From Camelus ferus (lineage: Eukaryota), in NCBI RefSeq assembly GCF_009834535.1, contig NC_045697.1, positions 118,668,001-118,732,000 on the forward strand: a stretch of 64,000 nucleotides of DNA. The letters are read 5' to 3'. The notes under the pieces were generated by a model. That model saw nothing but the letters and a program-made list of their open reading frames with translations. It was not told the DNA's origin and ran no database searches. Each line of letters starts with the position of its first letter. Positions within the stretch are counted from its first letter, which is position 1. Position numbers and translations under genes: made by a program. Positions 1 through 12,505 of this stretch are shown one piece after another.

Positions 1-2071
1 ATCTTTGATATGAAAAGAAAATGGGAACTGTGTTTAGAAGAAATAATTTAACAAGAGCATTAAGGAAAAGGTTATGCAATTAATCACCTCATAAGTGATT
101 TTTTAAAATCCCCAACAATTCACTTTCAAAGTAAAAGTGCTATTTTTGGACACAGTTGTCCAGAGAAACAACCCGTGGTTGGATGCAGGGCACTGGGCTC
201 CGGGGCAGGAGCTTCCACCGAAGAGTCGGGCGAGCTAGGCAGGTACGGATTTCCTCAAAGGTTACATGTGAATATAAGCATGCTCCCTTAAACACCTTAC
301 AGAGGCCTATAAGGTAAAATGTAGGGAGGTTACTTTGAAATGTTACAGACACACGCCGAGAGCCATACACAGTCTGGTCAAGCTGAAGGAAGACAGTCCT
401 GATTCACTCTCCCATCAGAAGCAACTAATCCACAGAACACGCCGTATGAGATACTGAGCTCAGAGACTGACGTCCGGCAGCACAAGGGACTGGTCTCTGG
501 AGGAAGGGACACAAACGCAGTAGCCCTGTGATTGCTCCTGGAAGGGAAGTGAGTCTTGGGGTCTCCCTGAGGTGAGGAGACATGCTGTGTGTCTGGGAAT
601 GGCTAGGAAACTCTGTTCTCTTGGAGGACCTGGAAGGAGAAAATTGCACGTAGAGAGAGAATTACAGAGACTGGAGGGGGCTCCTTCTCATTGTCAGCTG
701 AGTACTGACCAGGTTACACGTGTGAGGGCGTTACTGGATACGGGGGCATAAGCACTTCTAAGTCTTAGGGCTCTCAAAGAGCTGCGGGTCGTTTGTGTTC
801 TCAGCAACCAGACTGGAGAGGCTTTTGAATTCACAGAATATATTACTTGGGAGAGGACAGCCTGTCTTAGACTACAGGCTACTCTGGGCCCACCTAACAA
901 CACTGAAAGCATAAAATAATTTTCGAGTACCTTAACTGCAATACAGAATGTATCTCCAGAGTATCACTAGGAACACAACAATATCTAGCACAGAAAATGG
1001 TCTACTTAACAACTTATGGCATCAAAAAAGTAGGAGACATACAAAGTAACAGGAAAATAAGAGCCATAGCTAAGACAAAAATCATTCAATAAAAATAAAC
1101 TGAGAACTGCCCAGATGATGGAATTCACAGATATGGACTCGTAATTCTATTTCATACATTCAGGAAGGTAGAGGGAACATGTTCAATCTTAAAAACCCAC
1201 ACACACACACAAAAACAAACACCCAAATAAAACTTCTAGAGAGGGAAAAAACAACATGAGAGATGAAAATACACTTGGTCTCAAATATATGTAATCACAG
1301 TCCCCAAAGGAAAGGGGAGGGGGGGTGGGGAGAGAAATAGGGACAGAACACTTTCAAAATTTAATGAAAACTATAAAAACACAGGTCTGAGAAGTTCAGA
1401 ATACCAAGTACAAGAAACATGAAGAAAACTATCTCAAGGAACATCATAATCAAATGGCTTAAAACAGTCATTAAAAGAAGAACAACAGCTTTCAGTGAAA
1501 AGAGGAAATTAAATCCAGAAGGCCAGAGCACAGCAGCGCGTTCCATCGGAGACCATGTTCAGAGCAGCAGCACGGTGTCTTCAGAGTCCAAAGGGACAAA
1601 AGCCCCAAACTGTCAAACTAGCTTTCTACATCCAGCAAAAACACCTTTGGAAGACGAGTGCCCCAGAGCTGACTTTTCTGGGTGTATAAAAGTCTAACAG
1701 ATATGTCACATTAGACATGCGCTATCACAAAGAGAAATGTTAAAGGAAGCCCTTCGGGCCAAAGGAAACGATAGCAGACGGAATCTTGAGCCACACTGAG
1801 GAATGAAGAGCAGAGGAGATGGTTAATATGTGGATACAAATAAAACATTTTTCTTATGTCTAAGTCTCTTTAAGATACAGTTGACTGTTCAAAGCAAAAA
1901 TAATAGTTATGCATTGGGAGCTTTATAACACATGTAGAAATAAAATGTATAACACTATCAGCCCAGAGTTGGGAGGAGAAATAGAAGTTTTTTTCTTGTT
2001 TTTTTTTTTTTTTACAAGAGTTTACTTTAAGTGAAGGCAGACTGTGGTAAGTTAAGGGTGCACAGTATACA

Positions 2072-2251
2072 CTAGGGTTGGACAGGCTTCTGTAAAGGGC
2101 CACTCTGCACGTCTTCTAGGCTTTCTGGCTCATGTCAGTTTCAAGCACTCAACTCTGCCAGTACATAAATGTGTCTGGCCCCACAGGAACTTTACTTACA
2201 AAAACAGAGTGAGTTAAATTAGGCCTGTGGGCTGTAGTTTGCTGACCTCTG
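2072..2251 (+). mobile_element. MER58A-like hAT-Charlie non-autonomous DNA transposon
   Basis: Matches remembered MER58A landmarks: ttctgtaaagggcca, actcaactctgcc, aactttacttacaaaaacag, and terminal gggctgtagtttgctgacctctg. Confidence 0.8.
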
Positions 2252-2257
2252 ATATAG

Positions 2258-2422
2258 NNNNNNNNNNNNNNNNNNNNNNNNNNNNNNNNNNNNNNNNNNN
2301 NNNNNNNNNNNNNNNNNNNNNNNNNNNNNNNNNNNNNNNNNNNNNNNNNNNNNNNNNNNNNNNNNNNNNNNNNNNNNNNNNNNNNNNNNNNNNNNNNNNN
2401 NNNNNNNNNNNNNNNNNNNNNN
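2258..2422. other. Assembly gap (165 N)
   Basis: Run of N in the sequence. Confidence 1.
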
Positions 2423-2726
2423 ATGCAGAAAGAAAGGAAAGGGGAACAAAGAACAATGTGTCAAAGAGAAGCCAAATAACAAAATGGTAGATTTAGACCC
2501 AAACTCGTCAATAATAGCATTACATAGAATTGCCAGAGTGATTAAAATCTGAATTAAAAGGTAGAGATTTTCAAATGGCATAAAAAAGAAAAATGCAAGT
2601 AAACACTGCCAACAAGAACTCAATTCTAATACAAAGACACAGATAAGTTCAGAATAAAAGGATGAAAAATATATGTCCTGCTAATGTAAATCCAGGGAAA
2701 GCTATATATATAGCCACTCCAGCTTT

Positions 2727-2727
<1 letters not shown>

Positions 2728-2771
<44 letters not shown>
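2728..2771. repeat. (CA)22 microsatellite
   Basis: Perfect dinucleotide run. Confidence 0.98.
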
Positions 2772-2772
<1 letters not shown>

Positions 2773-5124
2773 CAAACAAAGAAGATTTCAGTAAAAGAAT
2801 TTTATCAGGAATACACTGGCTCATTCGATAATCATAAAATTGTCAGTTCATCAAGAGGACATAATCTTAAATGTTTATGTGCCTAATATTAGAGCTTCAA
2901 AATACTTGAAGCAAAACTAGATAGACTAGAATGGACAAATAAAGACACCCAAAATTTTAATCAGAGATAAAAACACCCCTCGTCTCAGTTAGTGATGAAG
3001 CAGGCAGACAGAACATCAGTAAAGACTTAAACAATACTGTTGTCCAACTTGGTCTACTTAGCACTTACAGAATTCTCCAACCAATAGTAGCAAAGGCACA
3101 TTCTTCTCAAGTATACGTGGATTATTATCAATATAGATTTTATATTCTGGAACATAAAACTAGTATCAGTAAATTCTGAAAGATTCTAATCTTAAGTAAA
3201 TACATGTGATCATCTTAATAAATGTGGGGAAAAAACAAATATATCACCCATCTGTGTCTCAAAGCTTTCAGAAAACTAGTAGTAGAAGGAAAGTCCTACA
3301 TTTGGTAAAAGGAAGCTATGACGATCTTACAGGTCACATGATGCACGGTCGTTAAAGACAATACTTCCCACCCTGTGATCAAGAAGAAGGTAATAATGTG
3401 CTCTCTTACAGACTGTACTCAACACTGTACTGAAGTTCTAGCCGATGCCTTACGGCTAGAAAATAATTACTAACCATCTAGATTGGAAAGAAGAAAGTAA
3501 ATTGTCTTTATTCATAGAAGACGTCATCATCTACATAGAATATCCTACAGAATCTACAAAAAAGCTACTAGAACTAATGAATCAGTTTATAGTAAGGTTT
3601 GCAGAATGCAAGTTTGCTGGACACAAGTCAGTATGTAATAATCAATTGCATTACTACAGAGTAGCAATGATATTCATTAAAGTTAAATAAAAAACAGCAA
3701 TGCTATTTACAGTAGCACCCAAAATATAAATAATTTAGGGATAACTTTAAGAAAAGATGTAGAAGAACTAAACACTAAAACTAAAAAAATATTGCTGAAG
3801 AAAATTAAAGGTGTAAACTAATGGAGAGATACTCTGTGGACATGAGACTGAAAAATCAGTATCATTAACATGTCAATTCTCCCCAGTTATATCTGTAGGT
3901 TCATTATGATCCCAATCAAAATTATAGCAGGTTTTTTTAAAAAATAGAAATGGATAATCTGATTCTAAAGTTTATACAAATATGCAATGTGATTCCAAGG
4001 CTTATAAGCGTACAAGGATTAGGACCCTGTGGTGTCAGTGCAAGGAGAGATAAGGAGACCAATGGAACAAAATAGAGGGACAACAGATCCATCTAAATGT
4101 AAGAGATTAAAACTGTAAAACTTCTAGATACTACATGAGGAAAAAAACTTTGGGTTCTGAGTTTGGCAATGATTTCTTTAAAAACACACAAAACCCACAA
4201 AGTATAAAAAAGGAAACAAAAATAGTAAGGTTCTCAAAGTCATCAGTAAATGCAAAATAAAATCATACTGATTCTACCACTGCATGTAAGATACAACGTC
4301 TAAAATGGGAAAGACTTGCTATACCGAGTGTTGGCGAGGATGTGGAGTCACTGGAGCTGCCATAGTTGCTGGTGGTAACACAGAATGGTATGATTACTTA
4401 CGTAATTTAGACATTTCTTACAAAGTAAAATATCATTCAACACCTAGAAATGAAGCAATTCTCACAAAGACTTCTATGTCTTTGTTTGCAATAGCCCTCA
4501 AATAGAATCAACTCAAATGGCCATCAAGTAGTGACTAGTAAAAGAAATTGTAGCTTACCCACAGAATGGAATATCATTCTGTAATACAAAGCTATAAGCT
4601 GTCATTACATATTTTGTGATCTATATAACCAAAAAGCCAAGTACCAATGTGTACTCTGGTTTATATTTACACAGGCTAGGTGAGTTAGTCTTATAAGTGA
4701 AGAACTGATAATAATTTTTTTAAAATGACTTGCTTTTAATAATATAGTTACTACGATAATATAGTTATTACTTGCTTTAAATCAAGATATTGAGATTTGA
4801 ACCCAATGTCCCCAAGACTGTATCCACATTATCCTATTCACTATAATGTCTCCTGATTATGTCCGAATTTCTGTTGCTTTTGTTACAGCAAATAAATTTT
4901 CTGTCATGCAACCAGACAGGCCAAGCCTCTTTATTATATGAGTTTCTTAATGACTGTAAAAGTTCGTTAGTGTGACTAGTATTTAATTTTGGTGAGCTTG
5001 AGCAAGTTGTACACTTTGAGAATTGTTTTCACTCTCTATTTGTAGACTGACAGGTAGAGACAGACATGCAAGGACCTAAAGTAACTGAAACAAGCTGGAA
5101 AAAAAGGTTTTTGGGGAAAAAATG

Positions 5125-5370
5125 ATGATGGGTACGTGTCATTCAACATTTGTCCAAATCCACAGAATGTACACCACCAAAAGGGACCCTAGTACAAACT
5201 GTGGGCTTTAGAGAGAATGACGTGTCCATATACATTCTTCAGCTGTAACAAAGGTACCACTGCTGGAAGATGTTGATAATAAAAATTTATGCATGTGTGA
5301 GGGGGAGAGGTAGATGGGAAATCTCTGCACTTTACTCATTTTTACTGTGACTCTAAAATGGTTCTAAAAC
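5125..5370 (+). mobile_element. Old L1 (L1MC/L1MB-type) 3' UTR end
   Basis: Landmarks tgtcattcaacatttgtccaaatccacagaatgtacacc, ctgtaacaaaggtaccac and atgggaaatctctgcacttt. Confidence 0.75.
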
Positions 5371-6926
5371 AGAAAGTCTCAAAAAATACTGCACACACAC
5401 CAACACATATATGCCTTTTGCAGCATAGTTTAATGGTCTAAAGCAGATAAGCTGAATATTCATAGTTACCTTTATAGCTCTTATAATAATCAATTTGAAA
5501 TCTTCAGAGAAATTACAGATTCTGAGCTTATTAACGTTCAATTTTAGAAAATAAACTCCTACCATAATCATTATTGTAGTCTGTAAAACCCATGTTTTTT
5601 AATAAGGGATTTGAGAGCTTATAAAAAAGGACATATCCATAGTGAGATGACTAAAATAAAGATAATGATGACTCGAAAAAATACGACATTGAAATCCATG
5701 CCAACAGAGCGACAGGCATCCATCTGGGGACCTCACAGCCCAGAGTCAGGGGTGGGAGGCAGAACCCAGCGGGGAGACACATCAGGCTGGTTCCCTGAGG
5801 CACGTCTCAGAGGAGCCATTCCCAGAGACACAATCTTGAAATAAATCCCATGCCAAGGACTGAAAGGAAAGTTTACAGTGATGAACAAAGCGGAAGATGA
5901 TGATCTTGAAAAATCATGCCTTCATGATGCCAAAAAAGGCAGGAGGCCAACAATTAGAAGCAAGAGGTGAGTTCAGAACAATGAGAAACACTGACCTAAA
6001 AACATGGTTCTGCACCAAGAGCCACTTTGGGATAAACCTCACAAACACCGAGTTCTTGCGGTGGCAGACCTCTGTAGGATGAACTATTCATTCTCGCCCT
6101 TTTAGGTGAGATTCTTAAGATGGTAACCAAGACCACTCTGGATATAGTAAATCACTTAATACAGTTCTAAATCAAGGGGAAAGTGGTAACTCAATGTGTT
6201 ATTTAATCTGTGTTGCTTATCTCCTTTGCAAGCTACAAAAACAGATTTTCCAGCCTCTAAATAGCATTAACCAGATGGAATCTTATGTAAAGGACATGAA
6301 TATTGGACAAGGCTTTTTTGAAAGGAGATATAGACCTGTATTTCTGTGGCAAACAGTTCTTTTTCATACTTTTTAATCCTACATATTTATCCAGACTAAA
6401 AATTTGGAACAGTGTTGGTGTTCAAAATCTTTAAAATATTAAGGTTCAGAAATCACCGACTCTGTTTCAGGCTCATATACAAATGCGTCTATTCTGGGTG
6501 TCAATGATGTAACACACATCCATTGGTAACAGCTATTCAATCTGATGGAATAAATGACCTGTAAATATTGTGAAGAGGCCATAAATCTTAGTCCCGGATA
6601 CAGGTTTTCAAGAGATTTAATTTTTCTAGCATTTCTATAAGTTAACTTAATTTCTTCTTTTGAGTACTCATCCTACTATAACGAAAGACACTGAGTCCCA
6701 GAGAACTGAGACTCTCTGTGCTTTACTTTCTCCGGGACCTAACCCTGGAGGAAGTGTCAATCACGGCCCTACACATGCCGATAACATATTCCATCCCTGC
6801 TCGGCCAGATCCAGCCACCAGACCATCATCAGAGTCCAATAAACCTAAATATTTCTTCTAAGATTTAAAAAGCAGCAATAATATCTACAGCCCAGATGTT
6901 TCCAAATTCCTCCTGTCTTTTAGATA

Positions 6927-6965
6927 ACACACACACACACACACACATACACACACACACACACA
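6927..6965. repeat. (AC)n microsatellite with one interruption
   Basis: Dinucleotide run with a single C>T change. Confidence 0.97.
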
Positions 6966-9455
6966 GGTAGGCAGGAAGGAGTTGGAGCCTTCCTTCCACA
7001 TGTAGTAGGAAGCCCTGCACCTTTCCCTTTTCACAGTATCTTCAAGAATTAACTCATCAATTAGTTTATTATTTTTTTGCCTGAGTATTATATTTCTGCA
7101 GCTCACTTATCACTCCAATTTCCTGCCTTCATCAATTTTTCAACTACTAGTGACAAAATGCTCACCACAGAGCACAAACTAAATGCTTACTTGTTCTTAT
7201 CTGTTAAGCAACAGATTTACTTTTAGCTGTTCGACTATTAGTAGATCACGGTAGAACAAGTGTCTCTGTGATTCCATTTATGCACAAATGGAGAAGGCTA
7301 CTAGCAGCCCCCCCCCTTCGTGGCTGCACACGACTCTGCACGTGCAAAGAGTCAGCAGCGCGTCTGCCGACAGCCATTTGCCACGAGGCGTTTCCTGCTG
7401 CAGCGCACCCTCGGAGGAGGAATCCCGGGTCCGCTTTTTTTTGAACTATATAAATTCACACACAGAAAAATCCATTTAAATGAAACAAATCTTGACAATA
7501 GGGATTCAGAAAAGTATGCATCTTAAACCTGAATTTGGTTTCTACACTTAAGATGGTTGGAAATTATATTGTAAGGATGGGAAATGATAATATTCTTTCA
7601 CATGGACCTTCTTGATTGGGAAAAAGTGATTGTTCCCTGGTTCATAAACAATTATTTGCTTGTATATTGTGAGGGGGAAAAAAACTACCATAGAGTTGGT
7701 ACAAGAATCTCTATGGGTGTGGCTGTCATTGGATCTTTTCCTTCCTTTTATCCACTAGATGTTAGGCTGGTTTTAAAAGCTTCCTATCTTATTCCATGAA
7801 ACCTGAATTTTCTTCTGTGGACTCTTAAGTTCAATACATGTGAGTAAATCTTGCACGTGGCCGGGCTGCCCATTACCCGGATTGCAAGGCCAACCAACAC
7901 ATCCTGGATACTCACCAGTCCAAGCCTGAATTTTTAGAAAAATATGTTGGGTTTTTTTGCTTTGTTTTGTTACAGATTAATTAAAAGCTCTTCAGTGGAG
8001 AAAGCCATCCCATCCCGAGTTGGGTTCTGACTCATGGTGCAGCACACCCACCCCTGCCCCCCAAACCCTTGCTCCAGAGACATAGACCAGCCAGCTTATG
8101 TCCAAAAGGGGCCTCCCTGCTCCTCTGCGAAAGCAGCAAAATGGACAATGCTCAGTGGAGAGAAATATTTCTACCCCAAACCGACTTAACTCTGGAAGAA
8201 AGAAAAATGATCTCTATCTAGGGCTTTCTGGAAACACATATTTCATTCTAGCTGCAAATATCCAATCCATTTTCCTTTACTCAGTTTGCTAGAAGATTAC
8301 ATTGGACGAGAATGTTTATTCATTTTATTCTAGTAAGGACACTGTAGTTATTCAAAATGGACCTAGTATTACATGGAAATGGAAATTCTAGACATCTTTT
8401 CCCTGCAAAAATGCAGAACAGCCAGGAGAGGAGAAGAGATTCATAGAAGAGATTTAAGAAATTGAAAAAGGCCAGCAAACATTAAATAAATAAATGAATA
8501 TATACACGTACATTCTGAGAATACAGTCAGGATATATCACATACAACCTTGGTATGAAAAAGCCAAGAAAATTCTGACAGTTTAACCTTATTAGAAAGGA
8601 AACCAACTCTAAGGAGAGTTGTTTTTTGCCCTGAGGTCCTTGTGCTGTTTTTGAGTCAAACTAAAGAATCATTATCTCCTCTGAAGCCTCCGGGGGCTTG
8701 GTGACACGAGATGTGCCCAGTCTGCCCCGGACGATTAAGGAGTGGCACCCGGTGTGTCTTCTGGAAGAACTCACCCAGTGGTCATGCGTCATACAGCCTG
8801 CTAAGCCATATAACATAACATAATGGAAAAATACCCCTCAAATTTAGTATATGGCAAAATCAGTCAGTAAACTGGACCGGTCCTCTTGGCTGAGACGGTT
8901 TTCATGAGCGGAGCCGAGATCAGATCGCTCTGCATCCAGCGTTAAAGTTTAGAGCAGTGCTGGTGCTGTTTGGGTGAAGACGCTTTCCTTCTCATCTTCA
9001 TTTGTTCACAAGGCCAGAGCTTTGTTTCTGCGCATGGACCAAGGGTCATGAACTCGAATCCTAGCAGATGTTAGCAGGTAGCAGACTACGTTGAATTTGA
9101 GAGGCCGCAACACACTTGAACATTCTCTAATTAAAAATGGACAAACAGAAACAAGCCCCCAAATACAAACAATCCAACCAAGCCCCCATCCGCGCTTCAA
9201 ACAGTGGGCACCTGCCCACAGCTACACGTGGCTCAGAAAGGCACCAGGTGGCCCCTGGGCGTGGACGGCCAGCCCCCCCCCCCCCCAGGACTGCAGAGTC
9301 ATGGCGCCTGTCAGAGCTTCGTGCCCAGAGAGCAAACAGTGCACTTTGTTCCAAGGAGAATTAATAAAATCCCCCAAGGTGAGGTTAAATTTAATGACGT
9401 TCCAAAATCTCTCCTACTGAGTACGGTGAAGTTTGAACAGGGCCACGTCGTCCGC

Positions 9456-9561
9456 TTAGTCTTTCTTATTTGCATCGAGTCCCTTCGGGCTTCTGCTGTG
9501 AGCCCCTGTCAATGCCGAAGTAGCTCTGAATTGAGAGGAAGTGCCAACTAGCCACTTAAAC
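9456..9561 (-). other. Candidate terminal-exon coding segment of an unidentified minus-strand transcript
   Basis: Strong acceptor gttagtattatttgcattttttcag|G; phase-2 frame reads FKWLVGTSSQFRATSALTGAHSRSPKGLDANKKD*. No recognised homolog. Confidence 0.2.
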
Positions 9562-10544
9562 CTGAAAAAATGCAAATAATACTAACAGCAGCATGCCAAC
9601 CACCGTGGGCGCGCTGACTGCAGGTGTTGATTGGCCGTGAATCTCCGCCTTCTGAAGGAACACACGTAAATTCGGCCACTGTGGGATTTCAGTAAGAACC
9701 CTTTCTAGTTCCCCCCGGTGGACCACCCAGCTTGCCTGCATGCCTTGGCCTGCCGTCCAGGCGGACAGTGAACTTGGTTTGGAAGTTGTGCTGGAAATGC
9801 TCCGTTTGCCCCTTGAGACCCATGCTCTATGGTCCCCGGTCTTCTCTGATGCATCAGTTTCCCTTGTCTGGTTTCTGGTGGGTTCATCAATGGGGGGCAG
9901 TGAGACTAGATCAGAGGATGGGGAAGCGTGACGTCCTGGTATTGGTCTCCTTGGGTCCTTGGTAAGGGTGGCCATGAGTGGGTTCCATCCCTCAACCAAA
10001 GACACACTCCTGTCCAGGGACCTTCCTTCTCCGCACAGCTCTCTCGCTCTCTGGGCCCCAGGGACCGCCCCCTCTCCTTGCCCTTCCAGAGTGAGAGTAA
10101 CAGGGCTCCCGCTGTCATTACCATGCTGGAGTGGTCATCATGCCCGTTGCCTTCCTAAGAACTGCCCACATCTTTTGAAATAGCCCTATTAAACACTTGC
10201 TCCTTAATTAGCCAGCTTGAGGTCGCCGTCTGTTTCCAGCTGGGAGTCTGACTGACACACATGCAGAGGGAGGGATGAGGCATTTGGGTTCATGAGCAGG
10301 GAGACAGGAGGCCTGAGGCCATTTACAAGCTATTTTGTGTGTGGATCTGGGTGACCTGAGATGTGGCACACAGTTGTGTGCGTGGATGAGGTCACATATC
10401 ACCAAAAAGAAAAAACTGCTTTAAAAGAGCCCTAATAATTCTCTGAAAATTTTAGTTAAATTTGAATGATTAGCAATCTAAAATCACACAGTGAAGTACA
10501 GCCTAATTTGATTACTAAGACAGTGAAACTTAACAATATTCCTT

Positions 10545-10706
10545 TTTTTAATTAAAAAAATTTTTTTTACTTATTTCTTTGAGGGAAGTAATTAGATTTG
10601 TTAATTTCTTTTAATTTCTTTTTTAATGGAGGCACTGAGGATTGAACCCAGGACCTCATGCATGCATGCTAAGCACGTGCTTTACCACTGAGCTACACCC
10701 TGCCCC
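10545..10706 (-). mobile_element. Camelid tRNA-derived SINE (Vic-1 type)
   Basis: Reverse strand reads tgtagctcagtggtaaagcacgtgcttagcatg..catgaggtcctgggttcaatcctcagtgcctccatt (A and B boxes) plus an A-rich tail; near-TSD cttaacaatattcc / cttaaagatattct. Confidence 0.9.
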
Positions 10707-11298
10707 TCCTTAAAGATATTCTTAAAGTTAAATCTTTAGTCAAAGACTTAAACTAAATCTGAGTTTAGAATGCCTTCTCATGTATATTATCTAATATAAC
10801 ACTGAGTAAAGAATTACCAGAGAAAGACAGTGAGACTACAGGTAAAATATGGAAAAGAAGAGGGTCCTGGAACAAAAAAAAAGCTGACATAGAATTAGTC
10901 ACGAAGTTATAAATTGCTACAGCTTGCCTGCTGAACATGATTTTGCTAAACCTTCTAACAGAAAAAAAGCCTTAACAAAATGCCTTTTTGAAGAGTTTAT
11001 ATAGGAATCAGTGTAGCTCTGAGGGGGTGAACAGAAATAATGAAAGTGTAGATTTTCTGTAAAACGAAGTCCATGCGTATTAGGGGAATTGCGAAGTGAA
11101 GATTCCGAGATGACAGCATTAAGCCACCTCTGCCCAGGACAGGTCTAAATTGTGCATAGGCTGTGAAGGCTGCTGACTGGTCATGTCTGCAGGATGGGCT
11201 TGGAGTCCATGGTGCTGTCTGTGCATTTCCAGGGTGACATCTCTGATTGGGTCCTCGCATCGGTTGGCTTTGCATATCTTCCAGATGAGCAGCCTCAC

Positions 11299-11365
11299 CT
11301 CATCAGAGATACAATGGTACTGAGCAGAGCCTCTGACCACTGCTCTAAGGAGCAGAAGCGTTTTC
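11299..11365 (-). other. Candidate 67-nt internal exon
   Basis: tgttgtcag|GAAAAC...ATGAG|gtgagg; open in the phase 1-to-2 frame (GKRFCSLEQWSEALLSTIVSLMR), compatible with the 9561 acceptor. Acceptor pyrimidine tract is weak. Confidence 0.17.
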
Positions 11366-12177
11366 CTGACAACATATTCTCAAGTATCAGAGGACTGACC
11401 AGATGTCCGCATGTCACTGACTTCATGTTTCATTCATGTGTCATTAATTCAGAAAACAGTGTCGTGTCCAAACACGCAACATTTAGAAAACCAAAATGCA
11501 CTCAGGAAGATGAAAAGGCCTTACCAGGGTGACCAGCTGGGCTCCTTCCCTGCTCCAGATGTGGTTCTCTTACGATTGCATTGGCCTTCGGGGGAGAATT
11601 TTCACAGGGGTGTGAACTCTGATTACTTAACATTACCAGTAAGGGCCGTTTGGACAAAGCGATCTGCTCCTTCGTGCTTCCCACAGAGGCGGCTTTGTGT
11701 GTGGTTTACCAGCATCTCCCGGGATTTCTCCATCTGGATGCGGTAAATCAGCAGGAAACCTTTCCTCACATTTGCATCTGCCATGAAGAGATAAGGAGAA
11801 CACACTTTACTTCTCTGTGGCAAAAGTATATTCCCAGGAAATGGTGGAGAGTTCTTTCCCAGCGCTTTCTGGGAAATGGACCATTATGTTTCTGGGGGAA
11901 AACACGTCTGGGCTTCTTAAATCCAAACAGAAGAACATAGATATGTTATGATGCCTGGAGTTGCTTGCCTGCCACTCCCAACTCAGCCTTCTTCACATTT
12001 TAGGGTCTGAAGCCATAAAAGTGAAGCAATTCCTCTGGTGGTATCAACAGCCACTCTTGTTCATTTACTTCTGTCTAAGGCTGCTTTTCCTCTGCAACAG
12101 GGTTGCTTGGGACAGAAACTCCTGGCAAGAAAATCCTTAATTATTATCTGGTTTTAGTTTGCTGACCTCTGACTTAC

Positions 12178-12505
12178 TTATTTTTATTTTTATTTTTTTA
12201 ATTGAAGTGTAGTTGGTTTACAATGTTGTGTTAATTTCTGGTGTACAGCTTAGTGATTCAGTTATACATATCTGTATATATGCCTATTCTTTTCCATTAT
12301 AAGTTATTGCAAGCTATTGAGTATAGTTCCCTGTGCTACACAGTAGGACCTTGTTGTTTATCTGCTTTATATACAGTAGTGTGTATCTGCAAATCCCGAA
12401 CTCCTAATTTATCCCCCCACCCACTTCCTCCCCAGTAACCATGTTTGTTTTATGTGTCTGCAAGTCTGTTTCTGTTTTGTCAGTTCTTTTGTGTCCTTTT
12501 TTATG
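12178..12505 (-). mobile_element. Artiodactyl-type L1 3' end
   Basis: T-rich tail then attgaagtgtagttggtttacaatgttgtg...atagttccctgtgctacacagtaggaccttgttgtttatc, the same 3' UTR seen at 14.3, 29.2, 32.8 and 48.5 kb. Confidence 0.92.

Larger units (their letters stand above)
1000..4650 (+). mobile_element. Old, internally deleted LINE-1 (L1M-type) with ORF1 and ORF2 remnants
   Basis: ORF1-like peptide KTISRNIIIKWLK (1419-); RT-region peptide SLFIEDVIIYIEYPTESTKKLLELMNQF (3502-3690) resembling L1 ORF2 LSLFADDMIVYIENPKESTKKLLELINEF; C-terminal TECWRGCG motif (4305-). Many stops and frameshifts, interrupted by a MER58A, an N-gap and a (CA)n. Confidence 0.88.

Noticed and set aside
2214-2623. ORFs spanning N runs (also 54505-54862)
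   Set aside because: Artefacts of translating through assembly gaps.
4728-4778. A-B-B-A arrangement of short direct repeats (acttgcttt / ataatatagtta)
   Set aside because: Real but tiny and AT-rich; most simply a local slippage event with no sign of function.
7910-7919. 10-nt minus-strand microexon candidate (cag|GCTTGGACTG|gtgagt)
   Set aside because: Acceptor lacks a pyrimidine tract and it fits no other candidate; strong donors occur many times in the window by chance.
10630-10706. tRNA-like A/B boxes here and at 34205-34280
   Set aside because: They are SINE heads with A-rich tails and TSDs; no intact cloverleaf.
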